DNA of 64,000 bases. It comes from a bacterium (GTDB taxonomy: Bacteria > UBA8248). Numbering within the stretch: position 1 is the first letter of the stretch; each line of letters opens with the position of its first letter. A program made the translations under genes and the position numbers. Below are positions 37,701 to 47,293 of the stretch, piece after piece. The DNA is taken from positions 1,472,001-1,536,000 of the forward strand of contig OZ241326.1 in the NCBI GenBank assembly GCA_965199855.1, in the 5' to 3' direction. Below the pieces are notes generated by a model, which did no database searches, was not told the origin of the DNA, and worked only from the letters and a program-made list of their open reading frames with translations.

Positions 37701-39227
37701 ATGCGATTTTCCGTCGTCGCCGGCGAAGGCTTCGACCAGCGGGCGGACGCCCTGATTCGCCTGATCCCGCAGGACGGGAAGGACGGGCGGCTCGATGAGG
37801 CGCTGGGCGGCGCGCTGGCCTCCCTGCGCGCGCGCAAGGTTTTCGCGGGGAAAAAGGGCGAGGTCTCCTTCGCGCCGATGCCGGAGAAAAGCGGAGGGCC
37901 CGCCTTCGCCATTCTCGCGGGGCTGGGGGAGGAGACCTCGCCCGAGTCGGTGCGGCGCGCCTGCGGCCTGGCGGCGAAGCGCGCGCGCGAGGAGGGGCTG
38001 AGGAGCGCGGCGGTCTCGGCCGCCTCCGTCGTGGGAGAGAGTCTGGACGCGCGGGCGGCGGGTCAGGCGATTGTCGAGGGCGCCGCCCTGGCGCTCTACC
38101 GCATGGACAAATACAAGACCTCGAAGAAGGACGCGCCGGGCGGCCTCTCGCGGGCGATCCTGTGCGGGGGGGCGGACGCGAACCTGGGCGCGATGCGGAG
38201 CGGGGCGCGCCGCGCCGAGATTCTCTGCGCGGGAACGAACTACGCCCGCGACCTCGTCAACACCCCCAGCAACGAGAAGCGCCCGCCCGAGCTGGCGGCC
38301 GCCGCGCGCGCCATGGCGCGCCGGGAGGGCTTGAAGTGCCGGATCCTGGACGAGAAGGAGATGCGGCGGATGCGGATGGGCGCGATTCTGGCGGTGGGCC
38401 GGGGCAGCGCGCAGCCTCCCCGCATGGTCGTCCTCGAATACCGGCCCGAAGGCGCGAAGGCGCAAAAGCCCATCGCCTTCGTGGGCAAGGGCATTACCTT
38501 CGACACCGGCGGCGTCTCCATCAAGCCGAGCGGAGGGCTCGAGCTCATGACGACCGACATGAGCGGCGCCGCCGCCGCGCTGGGCGCCATGCTCGCCGTC
38601 GCCCGCCTGAAGCCCCGGACGCCCGTCGTCGGCGTGGCGGCGCTGGCGGAGAACATGGTGGACGGCGACGCCGCGCGCCCCGGCGACATCGTGCGCTCCA
38701 TGAAGGGGACCACCATCGAAATCCACAACACCGACGCCGAGGGCCGCCTCGTCCTCGCCGACGCCCTGCACTTCGCGCGCTCGCGCTACGCCCCGCAGTG
38801 CATGATCGACCTCGCCACCCTCACCGGCGCCTGCATGGTCGCGCTGGGCGGGAGAATCGCCGGCCTGTATGGAACGCACGACGAACTCATCGAGCGGGTG
38901 CGGGCGCTGGGCGAGCGCACGGGGGATCGCGTCTGGCACATGCCGCTCTTCCCCGAATTCGGCGAGGCGATGAAGGGCAGGATCGCCGACATGTGCAACA
39001 TCTCGGGAACGCGCTACGGGGGAGCGAACACGGCGGCCGCCTTCCTCCGGCACTTCGCGGGCGACACGCCCTGGGCGCATCTGGACATCGCCGGGCCCGC
39101 CCACACCGCGTCGGAGGAGGCATACAGGCCCAAGGGCGGCACCGGCGTGGGGACGCGGCTTCTCGCCGAGCTGGCGATGGAGTGGAGGCGCCTGCCCCGC
39201 CAGAAGGGAAAAGCCTACGGCTGCTAG
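37701..39227 (+). CDS. pepA: Leucyl aminopeptidase (M17)
   Basis: VGKGITFDTGG, DMSGAA, NTDAEGRL, DLATLTGA, HLDIAG. Confidence 0.96.
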   Translation: MRFSVVAGEGFDQRADALIRLIPQDGKDGRLDEALGGALASLRARKVFAGKKGEVSFAPMPEKSGGPAFAILAGLGEETSPESVRRACGLAAKRAREEGLRSAAVSAASVVGESLDARAAGQAIVEGAALALYRMDKYKTSKKDAPGGLSRAILCGGADANLGAMRSGARRAEILCAGTNYARDLVNTPSNEKRPPELAAAARAMARREGLKCRILDEKEMRRMRMGAILAVGRGSAQPPRMVVLEYRPEGAKAQKPIAFVGKGITFDTGGVSIKPSGGLELMTTDMSGAAAALGAMLAVARLKPRTPVVGVAALAENMVDGDAARPGDIVRSMKGTTIEIHNTDAEGRLVLADALHFARSRYAPQCMIDLATLTGACMVALGGRIAGLYGTHDELIERVRALGERTGDRVWHMPLFPEFGEAMKGRIADMCNISGTRYGGANTAAAFLRHFAGDTPWAHLDIAGPAHTASEEAYRPKGGTGVGTRLLAELAMEWRRLPRQKGKAYGC

Positions 39228-39293
39228 GGTTTTTATACCGGTTTTCCGGCGCGGGGTCTCTCGTCTCCCGCCGCCGCGCTCCGCGTCCGCCGC

Positions 39294-40208
39294 CTACGCC
39301 CTCTCGGCGATGGCGCGCGCATGGGCGAGGACGTTCTCCGCGCGCTTGACCATGGCGACGTCGATCATCTTCCCCCGGAAGGAGACGGCGCCCAGCCCCC
39401 GCGCCTCGCCCTCCCGGTAGGCTTCCACCATCTCGCCGTAGTAGGCGACCTCCTCCGCCCCCGGCGAATAGACCTCGTTGAAGATGGGCACCTGCCGGGG
39501 GTGGATGGCCGCCTTGCCGGTGTAGCCGAGTTTTCTGGCGAACTCCGCGTCCGCCCGGCAGCCCGCGTCGTCCCGGAGGCGCATATAGACGCCGTCGGTG
39601 GGGTGCGGGAGGCCCGCGGCGCGCGCCTCGACCAGCACCTTGCTCCGCGCGTAGAGGAGGGTCGCGCCGTCCTCCGTCCAGGTCGCGCCCAGGCTGCGGC
39701 AGAGGTCGGCGTCCTCGGCGCTTCCCAGGTTCACCCCCACGACGCGGGGCGCGGCCGAGCAGATGTCGTAGCAGTGAACCACGCCCGCCGCGCTCTCTAT
39801 CTGCGCGATAACGCCGATGCCGCCCTCCTCAAGCCCGCGCTCGCGCTCGTATTTCGCCAGAAGCGCGTCGGCGGCGCGCGCGTCCGCCGCCGTCTCCGGC
39901 TTGGGGAGGAGAATGCCGTCCAGCCCTTCGGCGACGATGGCGTCGACGTCCTCCTCCAGCATTCCCGACTCCGCGTCGTTCACGCGGACGAGAATGGTGG
40001 CGGGGCCGCCCGGGGCGGCTCTCGTCTCGGCGATGCCCGCGCGCACGAGCTCCCGCGCCGCCTCCTTCATCTGCGGGGCTACGGAATCCTCCAGGTCGAA
40101 GAGCGCGGCGTCCGCCTCGATGCCGGGCGCCTTGCCCACCATCTTCTCGCTCGAGCCGGGGATGAAGAGCATGGAGCGCAGGGGGGTGTCGATGTCGGGT
40201 CTGGCCAT
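39294..40208 (-). CDS. CitE-like CoA-ester lyase (citryl/malyl-CoA lyase family)
   Basis: RSMLFIPG, DLEDSVA, VRVN, IESA, GKAAIHPRQ, MIDVAM. Confidence 0.9.
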   Translation of the reverse strand: MARPDIDTPLRSMLFIPGSSEKMVGKAPGIEADAALFDLEDSVAPQMKEAARELVRAGIAETRAAPGGPATILVRVNDAESGMLEEDVDAIVAEGLDGILLPKPETAADARAADALLAKYERERGLEEGGIGVIAQIESAAGVVHCYDICSAAPRVVGVNLGSAEDADLCRSLGATWTEDGATLLYARSKVLVEARAAGLPHPTDGVYMRLRDDAGCRADAEFARKLGYTGKAAIHPRQVPIFNEVYSPGAEEVAYYGEMVEAYREGEARGLGAVSFRGKMIDVAMVKRAENVLAHARAIAERA

Positions 40209-40261
40209 GGTCGTTCGCAGCTCCTTGTGGCTTTCGGGGCCGGCGCGCGCCGGGCCGCCGC

Positions 40262-41569
40262 CTAATGCGGGAGGGAGGAGAGGTTCATGTTCTCGAGCGC
40301 CGTGCGGACGTCGGAGGCGAAGCGGCCCGCCGCCATGCCGTCGTTGGCGCGGTGATCGAAGGTGATGGCGAGCGTCATGACGGGCCGGACGGCTATCGCC
40401 CCGCCCGGAAGCGCCGCGACGCGGGGGGCGACCGCCCCCGTTCCTATGATGGCCGTCTCGGGCGGGTTGATGAGGGGGTTGCCGCCCAGCGCGCCTGACG
40501 CGCCGAAATTCGTGAGGGTGATCGTCCCGCCCCGGAGCTCCTCGGGCGCGAGCGTCCCCTCGCGCGCGCGCGCGGCGAGGTCGTCCAGCTTCAGGCAGAG
40601 CTCCACGAACCCGAGCGAATCCGCCGATTCGAGCACGGGAACCATGAGGCCGCCCGGCGCGTCCACGGCGACGCCCAGGTTCACGAACCGCTTGACGACC
40701 AAGGCGTCGTCCTCGAAGGCGGCGTTGAAGCGCGCGTTCTCCGGGCTTCTGAGGGCGTGGACGATGGCCATGGCGAAGAAGGGCGCGAAGGTGAGGCGGC
40801 AGCCGTGTCTGGCGAGAAACGCCTCCTTGCGCGCCTCCCGAAAGGCGGAGACGGCGCTCATGTCCACGTCGAGCCAGCTGGTGACCTGGGGAATCTCCCG
40901 CGCGGAGCGGGCGAGGTTGCGGGCGATGCGCTTGCGGATTGCGCCGAGCGGCTCCACGCGCTCCTCGCGGTCGGGGCTGAGGGGCGCGGCCGACATGGTG
41001 ATGGGCGCCGATGGCTGGATGTATGCCGGAGCGGCCGTGGGCTGCGCCGCCGCCCCGCCCGCGGCCAGGAACGCCTCCACGTCGCGCGCGCGGACGCGCC
41101 CGCCCGCCCCCGTGCCCCGGATGCGCCCCAGGGCGTCCGGGGCGATGCCGTGCGCGGCGGCCAGCGCCTGAACGCGCGGGGAGAGCCACGTCTTTTTCCC
41201 GCCCGCGGGGGCGGGCGCCTCCCGCTTTCGCGCCGCGGGGACCGCGGGCTTCTCCCTCGGCTTGAGGGGAGCGACCGGCGCCGCCCAGTCGTCCGCGCCC
41301 TCGTCCGGGGCGTCGTCCGCTATTTCCTCCTCGGTCTCCAGGGTCGCCAGCGCCGCGCCCACGGGCACCGTCTCGTCCGCGCTCACGAGAATTTCCCTGA
41401 GCGTCCCGTCCGCCGGTGCCTCCACCTCGAACTCCACCTTGTCGCTCTCGGCGGAGAGGAGCGCCTCGCCCTTCGAGACGCGCTCCCCGGCGGATTTGCG
41501 CCACGCCACCACCGTGCTCTCGTGCACGCTGGTTCCCATGCGGGGCATCCGGATGCGGGCGATGGGCAT
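40262..41569 (-). CDS. 2-oxoacid dehydrogenase E2 (dihydrolipoamide acyltransferase)
   Basis: Lipoyl motif ESDKV, E3-binding GTGAGGRV, FDHRANDG. Confidence 0.95.
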   Translation of the reverse strand: MPIARIRMPRMGTSVHESTVVAWRKSAGERVSKGEALLSAESDKVEFEVEAPADGTLREILVSADETVPVGAALATLETEEEIADDAPDEGADDWAAPVAPLKPREKPAVPAARKREAPAPAGGKKTWLSPRVQALAAAHGIAPDALGRIRGTGAGGRVRARDVEAFLAAGGAAAQPTAAPAYIQPSAPITMSAAPLSPDREERVEPLGAIRKRIARNLARSAREIPQVTSWLDVDMSAVSAFREARKEAFLARHGCRLTFAPFFAMAIVHALRSPENARFNAAFEDDALVVKRFVNLGVAVDAPGGLMVPVLESADSLGFVELCLKLDDLAARAREGTLAPEELRGGTITLTNFGASGALGGNPLINPPETAIIGTGAVAPRVAALPGGAIAVRPVMTLAITFDHRANDGMAAGRFASDVRTALENMNLSSLPH

Positions 41570-41658
41570 GTCGGCTCCCTCGGCTCGGGGGGACCGCGGC
41601 GGAAAATCCTTTTATTGCTTACGCGAAAATCGCGGGCGCCGCCAGACGGACGCGCGCG

Positions 41659-42651
41659 CTAGAAGGCGGCCAGGTCGCGCAGGGCGTCCACCACCTTCTC
41701 CACGCCGGGCAGATAGGCGCGCTCGAGCGGGGGGCTGAGCGGCACGTGGACGTCCGGCGCGCCGACGCGGCGGATGGGAGCGTCGAGGTGCTCGAAGGCT
41801 TCCTCCCCCACGATGGCGGCCAGCTCGCCCCCCACGCCGCCGCGCTTTCTCGCCTCGTGCAGGAAGAGGATTTTCCCCGTCTTCCGCACGCTTTCGAGTA
41901 TCGCCTCGCGGTCGAGCGGAACCAGGGTTCTGAGGTCGATGACCTCGATCGACGCCCCCTCCGCCGCGAGAACCTCCGCCGCCTCGAGCGCCTCGAGCGC
42001 GGACGCGCCGAAGGTGATGAGCGAGACGTCCTCGCCCTCCCGCAGGGTTCGCGCCTCGCCGAAGGGCGCGACGTAGTCGCCCTCGGGAATTTCGGGCCGC
42101 AGTGCCTCGGGCAGCTCCTCGACCGGGTAGTTGTAGAATTTTTTGTATTCCATGAATATGACGGGGTTCGGGTCCCGAATCGCCTGCTTGAGCATCCCCT
42201 TGGCGTCGCGGGCGGTGACAGGGGCTACGATCTTGAGGCCCGGCGTCCCGAAGAACCAGATTTCGGGGTTCTGGCTGTGGAAGGGCCCCGCGCTCACCAG
42301 CGCGGCGGAGGGGAGGCGAAACACGACGGGCACGGGGCCCATCCGGCGGTAATGGTTGCCGGCCGCGAAGTCCACGATCATCTTGAAGGCTTCGGTCACG
42401 AAGTCGGCGAACTGGAACTCCACCACCGGCCGCATCCCGCAGAGCGCGGCGCCGATGGCCGCGCCCGTGAAGCCCGCCTCGCTCAGGGGGGTATCGACCA
42501 CGCGGTCGCGCCCGAATTTCTCCAGGAAGCCCCGGGTGACGTAGAAGGCGCCGCCGCCCAGGCCGATGTCCTCGCCCAGGAGGAACACGTCCGGGTCGCG
42601 CTCCATCTCCTCCCACAGCGCCTCGCTCAGCGCCTCGCGGTAGGTGATCAT
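41659..42651 (-). CDS. 2-oxoacid dehydrogenase E1 beta subunit
   Basis: LLGEDIG, DTPLSE, EFQFADF, FHSQ, IDLRTLVPLD. Confidence 0.95.
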   Translation of the reverse strand: MITYREALSEALWEEMERDPDVFLLGEDIGLGGGAFYVTRGFLEKFGRDRVVDTPLSEAGFTGAAIGAALCGMRPVVEFQFADFVTEAFKMIVDFAAGNHYRRMGPVPVVFRLPSAALVSAGPFHSQNPEIWFFGTPGLKIVAPVTARDAKGMLKQAIRDPNPVIFMEYKKFYNYPVEELPEALRPEIPEGDYVAPFGEARTLREGEDVSLITFGASALEALEAAEVLAAEGASIEVIDLRTLVPLDREAILESVRKTGKILFLHEARKRGGVGGELAAIVGEEAFEHLDAPIRRVGAPDVHVPLSPPLERAYLPGVEKVVDALRDLAAF

Positions 42652-43766
42652 TCGGCGAACACCCCCTCGGTGAGGCTCTCCGGGTCGGGCATCGGGCTTT
42701 CGAGCGCCTCGTCCCGCGCCGTCTCCGCGTCCGCCCGCGCCCTGGCGTGGGAGGCGGCGACCTCCCCGGGCGTCATCACGCCGAACTCGATGAGCGTCTC
42801 GTCGAGGCGCTTCACGGGGTCGCGCTCGGCCGTCCATTTCTCGAAATCCGCCATGTCCATGTAGTCTGAGAACTTGTCATAGACCGAATGGCCGACGGCG
42901 CGCATGGTGACGCTCTCGATGAGGGTGGGGCCGCCCCCCGCCCGCGCCCGCGCGAGCGCCTCCCCGCACGCGCGATGGACCAGGGGCGCGTTCGTCCCGT
43001 CGATGAGAAAGCCGGGAATCCCGTAGCCGGGCGCCTTGAGGACGAGGGCGTCGCAGGCGTATTGGTCGCCGGGCGGGGTTTTGTAGGCGTATTGGTTGTT
43101 GTCGATGACGACGACGAGGGGCAGCCTCCGCGCGGCGGCGAAGTTCAGCCCTTCGTGAAAGTCGCCCGCGCTCGTGCCGCCGTCGCCGATGTAGGTGAGC
43201 GTCGCCTGCCCCTGGCCGCGCGCCTTCGCCGCCCACGCCACGCCCGCGGCGATGGCCGTCATCGTCCCGATGTGGCTGATGAGCTGGGTGATGCGCCCGG
43301 GCCGGTAGCCCATGTGAAAGTTGCCGTCCCGCCCGCCGGAGGGGCCCTCCGCGCGTCCGAAGAAGTGCGCCATGATGCTCCGGGGCGGATGCCCCTTGGC
43401 GAGGTGCGCCCCGCAGTTTCTGTGCATGGGCACGAGCCATTCATGATCTTCGAGGCGCATGGCGCTCGCCACGCTCGCCCCCTCGTTTCCCCTGCCGAAG
43501 AAGGCGGTGCCGGGGACGTGGCCCGCGCGGAAGGCGGAGTCCAGCGTCTCCTCCACCGCCCGCGCCAGCGAGACGAGGTAGTGCATCCGCCCGGCGGTCT
43601 CCCGGTCGGGGAGAATCTCCTTTTTGGAAAAGGACACCCAGCGCGCCTCCAGCCCGTCGACGGCGAGGTAGCGGCCCTCCAGATCGCGGAAGAAATCGAG
43701 ATTCGCCAGCTCCTCGCGCGCGGCGAGGGGGTGCTCCCGGGCTTTCGCTTCCATGCGGAACTCCAT
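42648..43766 (-). CDS. 2-oxoacid dehydrogenase E1 alpha subunit
   Basis: TPP motif GDG...NNQYA, R..GHS. Confidence 0.95.
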   Translation of the reverse strand: MEFRMEAKAREHPLAAREELANLDFFRDLEGRYLAVDGLEARWVSFSKKEILPDRETAGRMHYLVSLARAVEETLDSAFRAGHVPGTAFFGRGNEGASVASAMRLEDHEWLVPMHRNCGAHLAKGHPPRSIMAHFFGRAEGPSGGRDGNFHMGYRPGRITQLISHIGTMTAIAAGVAWAAKARGQGQATLTYIGDGGTSAGDFHEGLNFAAARRLPLVVVIDNNQYAYKTPPGDQYACDALVLKAPGYGIPGFLIDGTNAPLVHRACGEALARARAGGGPTLIESVTMRAVGHSVYDKFSDYMDMADFEKWTAERDPVKRLDETLIEFGVMTPGEVAASHARARADAETARDEALESPMPDPESLTEGVFAE

Positions 43767-43942
43767 GGGCCTGTGGAGGGAAGAGCGCGCCGCCCATTAA
43801 AGCACATTTTCACGGGGGAGCAACAGATGCGGCGCGCTCCGGCGTCGTTTTTGGGTGGAGAAGAGGGATTGCCGGAATTCAAGAGGTGGGGAACAACCAC
43901 GGGGCGTCCCCTTGAGGCGAAGGCGCCGGCGTCTCCCTCGCG

Positions 43943-45379
43943 TCACATTCGGTAGGGAAGTTCCGGGAGTTTCCCCGCCAGCACGGCGTCCAAGGTGAGG
44001 ATTTGTAGCCTCGGGAAAGGCTTGACGGCGAACAGTTCGGCCTTTTCGGGCGCGTGAAGCCCCGCCCTGTTGGCGAAGTTCGTCATGGGTCTGGTCGGCG
44101 GGCGCCGGGTGATGAAAACCCCCGCCACATGCTTCTTGTCCAGCAATCCCTTCAGCTCCCGCACGTGCTTTACGTCCGGCTTTCCGCTTTTCACCGACAC
44201 GATGGCCTGCTCTCCGGTGCGGAGGAGGATGCGCCCGTCGATGCCGCCGTCCGCGCCCATCTTCTCGTTCGGCAGTCCGCCGATGGTGGCGACGCAGAAC
44301 TTCTCGAACTCCTTGCGGGGATAGAGCGGCGAGGCTTCGTCCAGCAGCTTCGCCTCCACCTCCGCCCGCGTCTTCGGAACCTCCCTGACGTCGATTCGCT
44401 TCCAGATATCAACCCGTTTTCGTCTGAGCCGCTCCTGAATCGCGCCGATGGCGGCATACGTGACGTCGATGCCGATCCATTCCCGCCCGAGGTTCTCCGC
44501 CGCCTCGATGGTGGTGCCGCACCCGCAGAAGGGATCGAGGACGACGTCCCCCCGATTCGAGGACGCCTCGATGACGCGATTCAGCAGGGCGAGGGGTTTC
44601 TGGGTGGGGTAGCCGAGGCGTTCTTTGGCAGTGGAATGTTGCTGAAATGACATAACATCTGACCATACATCTGTCAGTGCGACGCCCTTCGTTTCATCAA
44701 GATACTGGATACGCTTGCCTGGCCGATCATCACGATACTTGCGGCCTTCCGGATCGGTTTTTTTGAAGCGAGCCACGTATTCAAGTTTGTGGGGTAGAAA
44801 TTCCTTTATGAAAGTAAATCTTTCGCCGCGGGTGTAATAGAGAATCGTATCATGGCCCCGGACATAGCCGTTTATCTGGCTCTTATATCCCGAAGAAGTT
44901 TGCAAGTTCCAGATAATTTCTCGTCGGAAATTCTCTCTCCCGAAAATTCCGTCCAGGACGATTTTGAGGTAATGGGAGGCGGTCGGGTCGCAATGGAGAT
45001 ACAGGCTGCCGGTGGGCTTCAGGATGCGATGCAGCTCGACGAGCCGCGCCGCCATGTTGACGAGATAGGCGGACATCTGAACCTTGCCCATCCCGTCCAC
45101 GAGGGCGCGCAGGATTTCGACCTGACCCTGACTTGGCTTGCTTGCTTGCTTGCTTGCTTGCGAAACAAGTTGATTCAGCAACTTATCACAATTCGGCGTC
45201 CACGCCCAGGTGTCCTCGAACGCCGTTATCTGGCCGAGGTCGTCCGGGTAGATGATGTTGTAGGCCCTGTTCGAGTTGAAGGGCGGGTCGAGATAGACCA
45301 GATCGACGGACGCATCCGCCATCTCCCGCAGGATGGGGAGATTGTCTCCGTAATACAGGCGGCGAAGGCGCTGGCTCAT
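43943..45379 (-). CDS. Beta-class N6A/N4C DNA methyltransferase with a C-terminal Mrr-like domain
   Basis: YLDPPF (motif IV), YPTQKP, DPFCGCGT (motif I), C-terminal GADGGIDG...VSVKSG...GVFIT. Confidence 0.92.
   Translation of the reverse strand: MSQRLRRLYYGDNLPILREMADASVDLVYLDPPFNSNRAYNIIYPDDLGQITAFEDTWAWTPNCDKLLNQLVSQASKQASKPSQGQVEILRALVDGMGKVQMSAYLVNMAARLVELHRILKPTGSLYLHCDPTASHYLKIVLDGIFGRENFRREIIWNLQTSSGYKSQINGYVRGHDTILYYTRGERFTFIKEFLPHKLEYVARFKKTDPEGRKYRDDRPGKRIQYLDETKGVALTDVWSDVMSFQQHSTAKERLGYPTQKPLALLNRVIEASSNRGDVVLDPFCGCGTTIEAAENLGREWIGIDVTYAAIGAIQERLRRKRVDIWKRIDVREVPKTRAEVEAKLLDEASPLYPRKEFEKFCVATIGGLPNEKMGADGGIDGRILLRTGEQAIVSVKSGKPDVKHVRELKGLLDKKHVAGVFITRRPPTRPMTNFANRAGLHAPEKAELFAVKPFPRLQILTLDAVLAGKLPELPYRM
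45136..45161 (-). repeat. Tetranucleotide simple sequence repeat (CAAG)6 inside the methyltransferase CDS
   Basis: Plus strand reads (GCTT)6GC; translates as SQASKQASK. Confidence 0.95.
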
Positions 45380-45713
45380 TTCCCGGCTCCCTGAATTGGC
45401 GCGGCGAGAAGAGTCGTCCGCGCGGCGATATGCGGCCGACCTTCAACCAACGGGTTGAGTATGCGCGACCCCTGCGGAGCGGCGGCGTCCATCCCCGGCG
45501 GAGAAGCCTGCCCTTCTCGTCCGCTCCGGGTGGCCGGAATCCAGGATTCCCCCGCCGTCACAGATTCCCCATTACAGCATATTCGGGCGGAAAGGGAAGC
45601 GCGCCCTTTGAAACGCGCCCTCTTTAGAAGTATAGAGGTTCATGCTCCGGGCGGCCGGGCGCGTCGAGCGCGTCCGCGAGCGTTCGCCCGTATGAAAATG
45701 CGGCGGGGGGAAG

Positions 45714-46628
45714 ATGAGCCTCCTGGTGTTCGGCACGATGGCGATTGATTCGGTGAAGACGCCCTTCGGCGCGCGGGAGGAGGCGGTGGGCGGCTCGGCC
45801 ACCTATTTCTCGGTCGCGGCGAGCTACTTTACCGAGGTGCGGCTCGTGGCGGTGGTGGGGGATGACTTTCCCGACGAGACGCTCGCCTTTCTCGGGGAGC
45901 GCGGGGTGGACGCCTCCGGCCTCGACGTCCGGCCGGGGAAAAAGACGTTTCGCTGGAAGGGGGAATACGGCTTCGACCTGAACACCGCCCACACCCTCGA
46001 CACGCGGCTGAACGTGGTGGCGGACGCGCCGCCCGGGGTGCCGGAGGGCTTCAGGGATTCGGATTTCGTGTTTCTGGCGAACATCGACCCGACGCTTCAG
46101 GCCGAGGCGCTCGCCCAGACGGACGCGCCCCGGCTCTCGGCGTGCGACACGATGGACTTCTGGATCAACGGCAAGCGCGAGGAGCTGCTGAAGACCCTCT
46201 CGATGGTCGATATGGTCGTCGTCAACGACGCGGAGGCGCGCGCCCTCTCCGGCGAGCCGAACATCGCCCGCGCCGCGCGGCGCATACGCGAGATAGGGCC
46301 CGGGACTCTCGTGGTGAAGCGGGGCGAATACGGCGCGCTGCTCTTTCACGGAGAAGAGGACGCCTTCTCGGCGCCGGGGCTTCCGATGGAGGACGCGCGC
46401 GATCCCACGGGGGCGGGCGACAGCTTCGCCGGCGGCTTCATGGGGCATCTCGCCGCGACGGGCGACTTGAGCGGGGAGGGGATGCGCCGCGCGGTCGTCT
46501 TCGGGAGCGTCATGGCCTCCTTCAACGTGGAGGCGTTCAGCTACGACCGCATGAAGACGCTCACGCGGGCGGATATCGAGGCGCGCTACCGGGCGTTCGC
46601 CGAGCTGGCGCGCTTCGAGAGGCTCTGA
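45714..46628 (+). CDS. PfkB family carbohydrate/nucleoside kinase
   Basis: GGSATY, DTMDFWI, DPTGAGDSFAGG. Confidence 0.92.
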   Translation: MSLLVFGTMAIDSVKTPFGAREEAVGGSATYFSVAASYFTEVRLVAVVGDDFPDETLAFLGERGVDASGLDVRPGKKTFRWKGEYGFDLNTAHTLDTRLNVVADAPPGVPEGFRDSDFVFLANIDPTLQAEALAQTDAPRLSACDTMDFWINGKREELLKTLSMVDMVVVNDAEARALSGEPNIARAARRIREIGPGTLVVKRGEYGALLFHGEEDAFSAPGLPMEDARDPTGAGDSFAGGFMGHLAATGDLSGEGMRRAVVFGSVMASFNVEAFSYDRMKTLTRADIEARYRAFAELARFERL

Positions 46629-46636
46629 GGACGGCC

Positions 46637-47293
46637 TTGCCGCTTCGCGTCATCGGAGGCGTGGCGGGGAGCCGCCGGATTCCCTCGCCTCCGGGCCGCG
46701 CCGCGCGGCCCACGGGCGAGCGCGTCCGCGAGGCGCTGTTCAGCGTCTGGGGGGAGAGGGTTGAGGGCGCGCGCGTGCTGGATTTGTGCGCGGGCTCGGG
46801 CGCCGTGTCCCTCGAGGCGCTGAGCCGGGGGGCGGCGCGCGCGATAGCGGTGGAGCGCGACCCGCGCCTTTGCCGGGCGATTCGGAAGAGCGCGGAAGCC
46901 CTCGGGCTGGCCGCCGGCCTCGACGCGCGCCGCGCGGACGCGGTTTCGGAAGTCGGGCGAATCCGCGCGGCCTCGGGATGCGGCATCGACCTGGCCTTCG
47001 CCGATCCCCCCTGGCGGGACGCCGCCCTGCGCGCGAGGCTGCTGGAGGCCGTCTTCGCCGCGGATCCCTTGTGCCCCTCGCTGGTGATGGAGGCGCCCGC
47101 CGGCGCGGGCGCGCGCGAGGCGGCGGGAGCGGGCTGGAGGCTCGCGCGGGAGAGGCGCTACGGCGGAACGGCGTTGCTGTTCTACGAGCCCTCCGGGCGG
47201 GCGGAGACGGGACGAAATGAAAATTCGGCAAGCCCGGCGGGAGGGGCGGCGCAGGCTTCGGCGATAAAACCTGTGCAAAAACAACGCCCATGA
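46637..47293 (+). CDS. rsmD: 16S rRNA m2G966 methyltransferase RsmD
   Basis: LRVIGG, RPTGERVREALF, LDLCAGSG, EALSRGA, ADPPW, RRYG; TTG start inferred. Confidence 0.88.
   Translation: MPLRVIGGVAGSRRIPSPPGRAARPTGERVREALFSVWGERVEGARVLDLCAGSGAVSLEALSRGAARAIAVERDPRLCRAIRKSAEALGLAAGLDARRADAVSEVGRIRAASGCGIDLAFADPPWRDAALRARLLEAVFAADPLCPSLVMEAPAGAGAREAAGAGWRLARERRYGGTALLFYEPSGRAETGRNENSASPAGGAAQASAIKPVQKQRP

Noticed and set aside
45380-45713. Possible ncRNA upstream of the SSR-containing methylase
   Set aside because: Only short hairpins (e.g. TCAACC/GGTTGA); compatible with an ordinary divergent promoter region
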